NCBI GenBank assembly: GCA_031548165.1 | Contig: JAVBRI010000001.1 | Span: 53,150-85,149 of the forward strand | DNA from: Lachnospiraceae bacterium | Lineage (GTDB): Bacteria > Bacillota > Clostridia > Lachnospirales > Lachnospiraceae | DNA: 32,000 nucleotides | Direction of reading: 5' to 3' | Part shown: positions 1 through 8,057 of the stretch, one piece after another | Position numbering within the stretch: position 1 is the first letter of the stretch | How the letters are laid out: each line of letters starts with the position of its first letter | Notes under the pieces: generated by a model | What the model saw: the letters and a program-made list of their open reading frames with translations, nothing else | What the model was told of the DNA's origin: nothing | Databases searched by the model: none | Position numbers and translations under genes: made by a program

Positions 1-2
1 TT

Positions 3-488
3 TCACAAGAAAATATAAATGAATATTTTGAAATTGTGGAGGTTCCAATTGATATGATTCAGGAAAACAGCATTACATCGCTTGAAGAGGTAGGAGAATA
101 TATTATCAAATGTGATATGCAAAAGAAGGAACAGTTAACAATCAATAAGGCTTTAAATATATCTTCTGATATAATTGGAAAATACAAAGAACCAGTAGAA
201 GTATCATTAATGGTGGATAAGCTATCAGATGCAGTTGCAGGAACATTATGTAAGGGTAATCGAGTAGATATAGTAGCAAAAAGTGAAGATAAAGATGGAA
301 TAGCAGTTGTACTTGAAAATGTCTATATTTCAGGTGCATATGACAGTAATGGAACAGAAGTATATGCTAATGCAGAAATATCTAGTATAGTGTTTAATTT
401 CATTATTGAAAAAGAAGATTATCTAACCTTTTTATCAGGTGTAGCCCTTGGAGATGTGCAATTGGTTAAGGTATCGGACATTGATTAA
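3..488 (+). CDS. CpaB/RcpC-like Flp (Tad) pilus assembly protein, 5'-truncated by the window edge
   Basis: The frame is open from nt 3, so the GTG at 36 listed in the ORF track is probably internal. The layout is CpaB-like: 'VSLMVDKLSDAVAGTLCKGNRVDIVA' then 'AVVLENVYISGAYD', resembling the CpaB 'V.VD.V.GVAGF..PGDRVDV' core. Confidence 0.5.
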   Translation, partial: SQENINEYFEIVEVPIDMIQENSITSLEEVGEYIIKCDMQKKEQLTINKALNISSDIIGKYKEPVEVSLMVDKLSDAVAGTLCKGNRVDIVAKSEDKDGIAVVLENVYISGAYDSNGTEVYANAEISSIVFNFIIEKEDYLTFLSGVALGDVQLVKVSDID

Positions 489-523
489 GAAACAATTCAA
501 ATATATAAATGGAGGAAAGCATT

Positions 524-1363
524 ATGGAAGACATTTTACCATATTTGGTGTATGAAATTCGTGACGAAGGAATAAGCAAAAGCCTAGAGCCAAAGGAAAT
601 ATTAAAATGTGCTTTTGAAACAAGGAAGTTAGCTGAAAGTTTTGTTGAGTATCAAGCTACTATAAGTGATGTAAAATTTAAAGTGAAAACAACCAAAAAG
701 ATTCAGGCTAAGAATATTTCTCATACATTTGTGCAAGAGCATAGAAAGAAATTATTAGATATAAAAAATAGTTCTCTTAATACAACAGTAGTTATAAATG
801 CATATGGAGGGGCAGGAGCAGGGAAAACGACTGCATGTTTAGAAATTGCCAAGGAATTAAAGAAGAGAGGCTTTGTTACAGAATATGTTCAAGAATATCC
901 AAAGGAATTAGTGTGGGAAGAAAGATTTGATTTACTGGATGGTACTAAAGAACATCAATTTGATATTTTAGGAGAGCAATTAAAAAGAATGGATAGGCTT
1001 TATGGAAAGGTAGATTTTATTGTAACAGATTCGCCAATATTATTAAATCAAATATATAATAAAGAATTGACTCCAGAATATGAAAGTATGCTTACAAAAC
1101 TTTACTCACAATATGATAATTTTAATTTTGTCGTAGAAAGAGATCCAGATCCTACAAAATTTGAGAAGCAAGGCAGAATACATAGTTTAAAGGAGAGTGT
1201 ACAAAAAGATAGTGAAGTGAAGCAAATGTTAGATAAGTCAAAGCTTTATTACGGAACATACAATCATTCTACAATAGGTAAGATTGTGGATAATTCTATA
1301 AAAACACATGAAAGGGTATCGGAAGGATGCAACCAAGATATTCGATTTAAAAGAAGTAGGTAA
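524..1363 (+). CDS. P-loop NTPase (AAA/ParA-MinD-like or kinase-like ATP-binding protein)
   Basis: Walker A 'GGAGAGKTT' and Walker B-like 'VDFIVTDSP'. The ATG at 524 sits 7 nt after GGAGGA (511-516); the ATG at 509 given in the ORF track lies inside that RBS. Confidence 0.5.
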   Translation: MEDILPYLVYEIRDEGISKSLEPKEILKCAFETRKLAESFVEYQATISDVKFKVKTTKKIQAKNISHTFVQEHRKKLLDIKNSSLNTTVVINAYGGAGAGKTTACLEIAKELKKRGFVTEYVQEYPKELVWEERFDLLDGTKEHQFDILGEQLKRMDRLYGKVDFIVTDSPILLNQIYNKELTPEYESMLTKLYSQYDNFNFVVERDPDPTKFEKQGRIHSLKESVQKDSEVKQMLDKSKLYYGTYNHSTIGKIVDNSIKTHERVSEGCNQDIRFKRSR

Positions 1364-1390
1364 AAAAACAATTTTAGCGAGGAGGAGGAA

Positions 1391-1690
1391 ATGGCTAGAA
1401 CAAGAAAAGAACCTTTATCTGATGAAGAGAAGAAAATAGCAGATGAATATAATAAAAAAATATTAAAGGTTAAAAAGGAAAAGGCAGAAGCACTGAAAAA
1501 GGCTAATGAACAAAAAAGAATTCAGCAATATAACATGGCATTAGGAATAATGATGAAGCTTCAAGATATTTACGGGAATATCAATGGAGATATTTGTGAA
1601 AGTTTTGTTGAATATATGGAAAAAAACAGATCAGAAATAAAAGAAAAAATTGCTTTGGTTATGGTAAAGGGAGATGAATCTAAGGAGTAA
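1391..1690 (+). CDS. Hypothetical Lys/Glu-rich coiled-coil protein
   Basis: 99-aa ORF with a strong RBS (GGAGGAGG) directly upstream. No recognisable motif. Confidence 0.5.
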   Translation: MARTRKEPLSDEEKKIADEYNKKILKVKKEKAEALKKANEQKRIQQYNMALGIMMKLQDIYGNINGDICESFVEYMEKNRSEIKEKIALVMVKGDESKE

Positions 1691-1745
1691 ATAATTAAAC
1701 ATTTAGAATGAATTTGAAAATGATAATAGACATCTAATAATTTAT

Positions 1746-1786
1746 GCTACAAAAAAGTCCTTCAAAACGAAGGACTTTTTTGTAGC
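1746..1786 (+). terminator. Rho-independent terminator
   Basis: Perfect 18-bp stem GCTACAAAAAAGTCCTTC / GAAGGACTTTTTTGTAGC around an AAAAC loop. The T-run lies within the 3' arm. Confidence 0.7.
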
Positions 1787-1854
1787 AAGAATGCACTACT
1801 TGTAGTTAGTCAATATGATATCTTCAAATTACAAAGTTTGTAAGGAGGAAGCAT

Positions 1855-2814
1855 ATGGAACTAATTAATTTTGATGAATACCAACAAAACAAAAGATTTT
1901 ATGGAGGGAGAGCAGGAAGGAAATTAGGAATTAATTATAACGGAGATAACTACATTATAAAGTTTGCAGAAAGTCTTAAAGAAAAAAATTTTAAAAACAT
2001 AAATCTTAGTTATTCCAATAGTCCGATAAGTGAATATATAGGATCACATATTTATGAAATATTAGGAAAAGATGTTCATGATACTATATTAGGAACAAGA
2101 GGGGGTAAACTAGTAGTTGCCTGTAAAGATTTCTGTGAAAATGGTGATGTTCTATACGAATTTGAAAAACTAAAAACAACATTTGAACCAAAGCTTTTAA
2201 ACATAGAGGGTGAGGTGACAAATGGAGAAGGCACAGAATTAGATATTGTTCTTCAGGTTATAAGAGAGCATCCAACATTAAGTAAAATTGATGGAGTAGA
2301 AGAGCACTTTTGGGATATGTTTGTAGTAGATGCCTTAATAGGAAATGGTGATAGAAACAATGGAAATTGGGGAATTATTATATCAAGTGATGGAACAGAA
2401 AAAATATCTCCTGTGTTTGATAACGGTAATTCATTAAATAATAAATGGGCTGATAAAAAAATGTTAGAAACATTACTTGACGAAAATTCAATAAGAACAT
2501 CGGCTTATAATGGAAGCGTTTGCATTTTTAAAAGAGATGAAAAAAGAATTAATCCATATCATATGTTGAAGAAACATGAATATACAGAATTAGATAATGC
2601 TCTTTTGAGAATGGTACCCCAAATAAATTTAAAAAGAAATGAGATAATAAATCTTATAAATGATATATCGATAATATCTAATACTAAGAAACAATTCCTC
2701 AATACTATTGTAGATACGAGGATTGACAATGTGTTAATACCATCCTATAATGAAATTAGTAAAAGTAAGATTGATATAGTGGAGCCGAGGTTGAATTTAA
2801 AAAGAGGTAGGTAA
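1855..2814 (+). CDS. HipA-like / CtkA-like Ser/Thr protein kinase
   Basis: Catalytic-loop-like motif 'DALIGNGDRNNGNWGII' (HipA_C-type GN.D.H/N..N), followed by 'FDNGNS'. RBS AGGAGG. No HipB-like HTH gene upstream. Confidence 0.55.
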   Translation: MELINFDEYQQNKRFYGGRAGRKLGINYNGDNYIIKFAESLKEKNFKNINLSYSNSPISEYIGSHIYEILGKDVHDTILGTRGGKLVVACKDFCENGDVLYEFEKLKTTFEPKLLNIEGEVTNGEGTELDIVLQVIREHPTLSKIDGVEEHFWDMFVVDALIGNGDRNNGNWGIIISSDGTEKISPVFDNGNSLNNKWADKKMLETLLDENSIRTSAYNGSVCIFKRDEKRINPYHMLKKHEYTELDNALLRMVPQINLKRNEIINLINDISIISNTKKQFLNTIVDTRIDNVLIPSYNEISKSKIDIVEPRLNLKRGR

Positions 2815-2847
2815 GGTATACAGTTGTTTAGAAAGTAGGTGAGACTT

Positions 2848-3060
2848 ATGTATATAGATGAAGAAGTAAAAATAGATTTTGAGGTTCCTAAATCTCTAAA
2901 AAATGATTTTGAAGAATTGCAAAAATATTATATTGCAAATGATTGGTTAAGCTATGCATTGCTTTATGAAGCCATGGAAAATTCAATTAAATGCTATTGT
3001 CTCACAGGAAAGTTGACAGATGATCAAGGAGATATATTGCTTAGCAAGTATCTTTGGTGA
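2848..3060 (+). CDS. Small acidic hypothetical protein (70 aa) immediately downstream of the HipA-like kinase
   Basis: ORF with AGGTGA 6 nt upstream of the ATG at 2848 (ORF track starts at the GTG at 2839). It ends just before hairpin copy A. Confidence 0.45.
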   Translation: MYIDEEVKIDFEVPKSLKNDFEELQKYYIANDWLSYALLYEAMENSIKCYCLTGKLTDDQGDILLSKYLW

Positions 3061-3082
3061 AAAATTATATAAATATTATATT

Positions 3083-3111
3083 AAAAATCCCTCGTGACGA
3101 GGGATTTTTTT
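3083..3111 (+). terminator. Hairpin family copy A (AAAAATCCCTCG-TGA-CGAGGGATTTTT plus T-run), bidirectional-terminator-like
   Basis: 12-bp stem with a 3-nt loop, an A-tract 5' and a T-tract 3'. It is one of 7 near-identical hairpins in the window. Confidence 0.75.
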
Positions 3112-3191
3112 GTGAAAAAGTATTAAAAGTGTTCAATCTTTTCTAAGTGTTTGTACTATTCTAAATAAAAAAAGAAAAGAGGAAAATTTAT

Positions 3192-5348
3192 ATGAGCAAA
3201 CCAAAAGCACTATTAATAGCAGAAAAACCCTCATTAATGAGAACTATTAAGTCTGTATATGAAAAGCATAAGGAAGAAGTTGATTATGAAATCGATTTCT
3301 TATCACAAGCAGGACATCTACTGACATTGAAAACACCTGATGAATTAGGTCTACAGGGAGAGGATAAAAAAACTAAACTTCCTATTTTTCCTGATGAAGA
3401 AAGTGGATGGCAGTATAAGTTAATACCAGGTGTAGAAAAATTGTATAATGATATAAAGGGAGCTATACAAAGCGGAAAATATGAGTATATTATTCATGCA
3501 GGGGATCCCGATAGGGAGGGACAATTACTGATAGACATTGTTTTGGATGCAGTTGATTGTGATAAGTATATAAGTAAGAGATTGAGGTTTTGGTCTAATG
3601 ATACAACGGAGACAACTGTTTTTAACGCACTTAAAAACATGGAAGATGGTAAAAACGTACATTTAATAAATCTAGGAAAGGCAGGAGTTGTAAGACAACA
3701 TTTTGACTGGTTATTTGGCATGAATGGAAGTAGTGCAGCAAGATTAAAAAGTAGAAAAAGAGAAGCTGTGGGAAGAGTCAAAACGGTAGTTGTTAAAATG
3801 ATTGTTGACAGAGAAGAAGAAATTAAAAATTTTAAGCCAAGAACAAAGTATAAAGTAGAAGTGTTGTATGTAAATGAGTTAAGATGTACAATGTTTAATC
3901 CAAAAGTAAAGGATGAAGGTGAAGAGGAATATAAAAAAGAAGATATTGGAATTGTATACTTTGAAACTGAGCAGGAAGCAAAAGCGTTTATTGAAAATAT
4001 AAAAAACATAGATAATGGAGTAGTAAAATCGGTTATTAGCAAAGAAAGTAAAACATATGCTCCAGAATTATATAAAATGTCATCTTTACAGGTAGATGCA
4101 TCAAATAAATATAATATAAGGCCAGATGATACACTAAGCATAGTACAATCGTTATATACTTCTGGATATATGACATATCCAAGAACGGATTGTGCATTAA
4201 TCAGTTCAAACACAGATTTCTATAAATTAATTAATGTTGTAGGAAAAATTGAAGATTATTCATTGTTTGCAACATCAGTTTCTGATGAAGATATTGCCAG
4301 AATAAAGAAGACAAAAACATATGTAAACGATGAAGAAATGGCAAAACATGGACATACAGGTCTTTGTCCTACAGAAAAAAGTCCAGATTTAGATAAGTTA
4401 AGCGAGAATGAGTTAAAGATTTATAAGCTTGTATGTAACAGGTTTTTAGCAATATTTTTAAAGCCTTTGGTACAGAGTAAAACCGAAATTATTACACAGG
4501 TTAACAAAGATGATAGTACATATTTATTTAAATGTAAAGGAAAGACATTGTTAAGCAAGGGATATACAGAACTCACAGGAGTAATGACTACAGACGTATT
4601 ATTACCTGTTGTTAAAGAAGGTGATTTAATACAAATACGTGAGTATGGAATTAGCTCAAAAACAACATCTTGTCCTTTAAGGTTTACTAATGCGTTACTG
4701 ATATCAGCAATGGAAACACCAGGTAAATTTTTTACTGATGAATCAATAAAAAATACTCATAAAAGTATAAAGCTTGGAACAGAAGCGACTAGGTCGGAGA
4801 TTATAAAAACGCTTATTGAAAAAGATAACTATTTACAGTATGTAAAGTCTGGTAAGAGTGAGTATATTATTCCAACTGAAAATGGTGTTTATCTAATAAA
4901 TATGCTTGGTGAATTAGATATTTGTAAAGTAGATATGTCTGCTCACTGGGAAGATGTTCTTGATCAAATTAAAGATGGGGAGTTATCTGTAAGTGAAGCG
5001 GAAATACAAGTAAAAAGAGCAGTTACAAAGCTAGTAGAAGATATAAGTAAAAGGGATATTGAACCAGCGCAAGGCAATAGTAAAAGTAAGAATTATGTGT
5101 GTGATTGTCCATGTGGTGGAGATATTATAGCAGCAGAAAAGAATTATTTTTGCAGTAACTATAAAAGTGGATGTAAGAATTCGATGTTTAAAAATTTTCT
5201 AGGTGCAACAATTACTAATAGTGATATGAAAAAGCTTATACAAGATAAAGGAACAATTATTAAGAAGCTTAAGAAAGATGCTTCTACGTGGGAACAGATA
5301 CTTAAGTATAGTTTTGAGGATCATAAATTAGAATTTTGCAAGAAATAA
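3192..5348 (+). CDS. topB: Type IA DNA topoisomerase (topoisomerase III-like)
   Basis: Toprim start 'ALLIAEKPS', 'DPDREGQ', active-site Tyr context 'GYMTYPRTD', and a C-terminal Cys-rich zinc-ribbon region 'CDCPCGG...FCSNYKSGCK'. Confidence 0.9.
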   Translation: MSKPKALLIAEKPSLMRTIKSVYEKHKEEVDYEIDFLSQAGHLLTLKTPDELGLQGEDKKTKLPIFPDEESGWQYKLIPGVEKLYNDIKGAIQSGKYEYIIHAGDPDREGQLLIDIVLDAVDCDKYISKRLRFWSNDTTETTVFNALKNMEDGKNVHLINLGKAGVVRQHFDWLFGMNGSSAARLKSRKREAVGRVKTVVVKMIVDREEEIKNFKPRTKYKVEVLYVNELRCTMFNPKVKDEGEEEYKKEDIGIVYFETEQEAKAFIENIKNIDNGVVKSVISKESKTYAPELYKMSSLQVDASNKYNIRPDDTLSIVQSLYTSGYMTYPRTDCALISSNTDFYKLINVVGKIEDYSLFATSVSDEDIARIKKTKTYVNDEEMAKHGHTGLCPTEKSPDLDKLSENELKIYKLVCNRFLAIFLKPLVQSKTEIITQVNKDDSTYLFKCKGKTLLSKGYTELTGVMTTDVLLPVVKEGDLIQIREYGISSKTTSCPLRFTNALLISAMETPGKFFTDESIKNTHKSIKLGTEATRSEIIKTLIEKDNYLQYVKSGKSEYIIPTENGVYLINMLGELDICKVDMSAHWEDVLDQIKDGELSVSEAEIQVKRAVTKLVEDISKRDIEPAQGNSKSKNYVCDCPCGGDIIAAEKNYFCSNYKSGCKNSMFKNFLGATITNSDMKKLIQDKGTIIKKLKKDASTWEQILKYSFEDHKLEFCKK

Positions 5349-5428
5349 AGGTATCAAAAACGCACATCATATTTTGGGGAAATATGATAACTTAGTTTTG
5401 AAAGAAAATATGCAAGGAGGTAATTAAG

Positions 5429-5860
5429 ATGAACAAAGTTGCTTTGTCTGGAAGGTTAACAAGAGATCCAGATGTACGTTATTCACAGGGAGATAGTTCA
5501 CTGGCAATTGCAAGATTTACATTGGCTGCAAATAAGTTAAAGAGAAAAGAGGAAGAACAAACAGCGGACTTTATTCCATGTATAGCATTTGGAAAGACAG
5601 CTGAAATCTGTGAGAAGTATTGCAAGCAGGGAACAAAGTTGATTGTTGAAGGTCGAATTCAAACAGGGAAGTACAATGATAGAGAGGGTCTTACACGCTA
5701 TAGCATAGGAGTGGTAATATCACATTTAGAATTTTGTGAAAAGAAGCTAGATGGAAGTGATAAAGTGGTAGGAAAGGAAATTCCTGAAGAAATATCGACA
5801 GATATAGAAGGTTTTATGCAAATAGCAGGATCTATTGAAGATGTATTACCTTTTAGTTAG
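5429..5860 (+). CDS. ssb: Single-stranded DNA-binding protein
   Basis: 'MNKVALSGRLTRDPDVRY' OB-fold N-terminus. The acidic C-terminal tail ends 'IEDVLPFS' (DDxPF-like tip). RBS AGGAGG. Confidence 0.85.
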   Translation: MNKVALSGRLTRDPDVRYSQGDSSLAIARFTLAANKLKRKEEEQTADFIPCIAFGKTAEICEKYCKQGTKLIVEGRIQTGKYNDREGLTRYSIGVVISHLEFCEKKLDGSDKVVGKEIPEEISTDIEGFMQIAGSIEDVLPFS

Positions 5861-5871
5861 ATAAGAATAAG

Positions 5872-5906
5872 TTTAGGCATTTAGGAAAATATTCTGAATG
5901 CCTAAA
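5872..5906 (+). terminator. Hairpin downstream of ssb (possible weak terminator)
   Basis: Perfect 10-bp stem TTTAGGCATT / AATGCCTAAA with a 15-nt loop. Only a weak T-tract follows. Confidence 0.35.
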
Positions 5907-5929
5907 TTATTAGAGGAGGTGTTATCTAT

Positions 5930-6223
5930 TTGGAGTTAGAATTTGTATCACACATAAAAGGAAAGAAATTTTTGCATATTCGTACTTGTGAAAATTTTAT
6001 ATATGATTGTCAAGATATGTTTCTAATGGATATAGAAACTGGTGGTGTTGTTTTAGCATATAATACAAAGACTTATAGCAAGGATAATCAAAAAGTTGTG
6101 GATTGGAAAGTAGCAGAGTTTTATGGTGATGTAAGGGGAGTGAATTTAGGAGAGTTAAATATCATTGATAAAAGTTTTCATAATGAAAAAACAAATGAAC
6201 GCATAAAGGGGAGTAGAAGATGA
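5930..6223 (+). CDS. Hypothetical protein (TTG start)
   Basis: 97-aa ORF with GGAGG 11 nt upstream of the TTG. Its stop overlaps the next start (ATGA), which suggests translational coupling. Confidence 0.4.
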   Translation: MELEFVSHIKGKKFLHIRTCENFIYDCQDMFLMDIETGGVVLAYNTKTYSKDNQKVVDWKVAEFYGDVRGVNLGELNIIDKSFHNEKTNERIKGSRR

Positions 6224-6639
6224 TATTTGTACTGTTTACTATACTTTTTATTCAAGCTATATCAGATGCATGTACAAAAAAGGTATATTATTATTTAAAC
6301 ATAATAGGAATTATTATAGGAATGGCTTTAATGGTAAATTTACAGTTATTTGATGATGGACCATATATATTAATTTCTATAATATTTATAATACTTCACC
6401 AAAAGTTAGGAGCATATGCGAGTGGTGATTCTAAATTATTTTTCATTGTATTATCAATAATTTCAATGAGTAAAAGGAATATAGATATTCTAAATTATTT
6501 TCTAATTATAGAACTAGGAGCAATAATTATTTTTATTTTATATGTAATTCTAATTAAAATAATTACAAAGGAAAAAGAAAAAAATTATCCATATGCTCCA
6601 GCGATTTTCACGTCCACATTAATTTATCTTTTATTATAA
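6220..6639 (+). CDS. Mini A24-family prepilin peptidase-like membrane protein (CpaA/TadV-like)
   Basis: Polytopic 139-aa membrane protein. An Asp lies near the end of TM1 ('AISDACTKKV') and there is a second GxGD-type motif 'GAYASGDSKLFF' (compare GGGDVKL in TadV/CpaA). Confidence 0.45.
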   Translation: MIFVLFTILFIQAISDACTKKVYYYLNIIGIIIGMALMVNLQLFDDGPYILISIIFIILHQKLGAYASGDSKLFFIVLSIISMSKRNIDILNYFLIIELGAIIIFILYVILIKIITKEKEKNYPYAPAIFTSTLIYLLL

Positions 6640-6658
6640 AAATAGAAAGCAATCAAAT

Positions 6659-6690
6659 GGGTATAGAAATAAAAATCTATATCCTTTTTT
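6659..6690 (+). terminator. Rho-independent terminator
   Basis: Stem GGGTATAGA / TCTATATCC (one G-T wobble), 8-nt loop, then TTTTTT. A box-2-like sequence follows directly at 6691. Confidence 0.5.
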
Positions 6691-6763
6691 GTATCATAAA
6701 AGAACAACCAATTATATATTTTCTAATTAAAATTAAATTATAAATAGAAAGAAGGTAGTATTA

Positions 6764-7735
6764 ATGGAGAAAAACAATTATACAAACGAAGAGCTGGATT
6801 TTGTAAAGAATTTAAGTTTAACAAGTCTTGCTACAGATTTGGGATATAGTATAAAAAAAGTAGGCAACAATTACTCGATAAAAGAAATGGATTCAATAAT
6901 TATTTATAATGATCGTACATGGAGACGTTGGTCAAATAAAGGAGAGGTAAAAGGTGGAACAACTATCGACTTTGTAATTGCATTTGGAAACATAAATACT
7001 GTTGATAAAAAACAACAAGTGATAAATGCTATAAAATATCTTTTAGATTATTCGGGTAATCCAGAATTAAATTATATGGTATCTAAAAATAAAAGTATTA
7101 AAAAAAATAAAGAATATGAAGAAATAAAGGAATTTATTTTACCAGAGAAATACAAGGGTAGTTATAAAAGATTGTATGCTTACTTGTCTCAAAAAAGAGG
7201 AATAAGTGATAATACAATATCTTATTTTTTGAAAAAAGAATTAATGTATGAAGATAACGAACATCACAATATTATTTTTCTTGGAAAGGATTCAGAAGGA
7301 AATATAAAATTTGCAACTAAGAGAGGTACTTATGATTCAAATGGTTATCATTATAGAGGAGATGTTGCAGGTAATAATAAAAATTATGGCGTAAATATAT
7401 TTAATAATAATTCTTATGAACTAAATGTTTTTGAAGCTGTTATTGATATGATGTCTTTTTGTGATTTAGTAGAAATAGATAGGACAAATAAAATAGCACT
7501 ATCTATGTTATCGGATAATCCTTTAAAAACATTTTTACAAGAACATAGTCAAATAAAAAAGATAAACTTTTGGTTTGATAATGATAATCCGGGAAGAAAA
7601 GCAGCAACAGAACTTGAAGGAAAATATTTAGCTTTAGGGTATGAAGTAACAAATAATATTGTACCAGTTGGTAAAGATGTAAATGATTATTTGCTGCATA
7701 CATTAGACGAAGTCCAAAGAAAGAAGGGAAGATGA
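6764..7735 (+). CDS. DUF3991 / Toprim domain protein (conjugative primase-like, TraC-type)
   Basis: 'YLSQKRGISDNTISYF...HHNIIFLGKDSEGN...RGDVAGNNKNYG' (DUF3991-like). Toprim Glu in 'VFEAVIDMMSF' and the DxD motif in 'WFDNDNPGRKA'. Confidence 0.65.
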   Translation: MEKNNYTNEELDFVKNLSLTSLATDLGYSIKKVGNNYSIKEMDSIIIYNDRTWRRWSNKGEVKGGTTIDFVIAFGNINTVDKKQQVINAIKYLLDYSGNPELNYMVSKNKSIKKNKEYEEIKEFILPEKYKGSYKRLYAYLSQKRGISDNTISYFLKKELMYEDNEHHNIIFLGKDSEGNIKFATKRGTYDSNGYHYRGDVAGNNKNYGVNIFNNNSYELNVFEAVIDMMSFCDLVEIDRTNKIALSMLSDNPLKTFLQEHSQIKKINFWFDNDNPGRKAATELEGKYLALGYEVTNNIVPVGKDVNDYLLHTLDEVQRKKGR

Positions 7736-7870
7736 AATGGCAATGGAATCTAAAAAAACAACACGTTTATTAGATACTTTATTTTTAATTGTAAAAATAG
7801 AGTTGAAAAGAAATGTAAAAAGAGCAACGAAAATGCTGTCAAAAAAGCATGATAGGAGCGAATTTTCAAC

Positions 7871-8030
7871 TTTAACTGCAAAAATGCAGTTAAAAATAGT
7901 TGTTTTTTTGCAAGGGGTATTAGGGTCTCCCTAACAAGTGTATTTGTATATACAAATACGTATCTTGCCAATTCGAAGAATTGGGACAAAGCTTTTTTTG
8001 CCCAAGGACAAGCAAAAAAAGCTTATGTCC
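7871..8030 (+). promoter_or_regulatory. Candidate oriT / relaxosome assembly region (five adjacent inverted repeats)
   Basis: Five inverted repeats: IR1 7871-7894 (TTTAACTGCA aaaa TGCAGTTAAA), IR2 7920-7934 (TTAGGG tct CCCTAA), IR3 7940-7959 (perfect 20-bp palindrome GTATTTGTATATACAAATAC), IR4 7968-7984 (CCAATTC gaa GAATTGG), IR5 7984-8030 (GGACAAAGCTTTTTTTGC ... GCAAAAAAAGCTTATGTCC). The region sits immediately upstream of the relaxase start. Confidence 0.5.
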
Positions 8031-8057
8031 ACAGTACAGTTAAAAAAGGAGAAATAT

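Noticed and set aside
1855-2814. Calling the HipA-like gene part of a canonical hipBA operon.
   Set aside because: No HTH (HipB-like) ORF lies upstream, and a strong terminator separates the gene from the preceding ones. Only a downstream small acidic ORF is present, so it is reported as an orphan or non-canonical pair.
3494-4213. Minus-strand ORFs listed in the ORF track: 142-339, 3494-4213, 7503-7703, 10118-10411, 12504-12686, 13572-13906, 14550-14921, 15527-15787, 17159-17791, 18779-19326, 19916-20149, 20526-20717, 21355-21549, 21741-22293, 22713-23042, 23529-23774, 23841-24038, 24247-24483, 24916-25122, 26650-26880, 27695-27907 and 31374-31556.
   Set aside because: Each lies antisense to a + strand gene with recognisable motifs or a good RBS. 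The translations are Leu/Phe/Ser/Ile-rich, as expected for the antisense of AT-rich coding DNA. None has a convincing RBS or a known motif. I found no credible minus-strand gene in the window.
7737-7989. ORFs 7737-7934 (+, 65 aa) and 7750-7989 (-, 79 aa), and the 5' extension of the relaxase ORF from 7938.
   Set aside because: They run through the dense inverted-repeat region, lack RBSs and have no motifs. The relaxase family N-terminus (MAITK...) with a good RBS begins at 8058. The region is better explained as non-coding oriT or promoter DNA.
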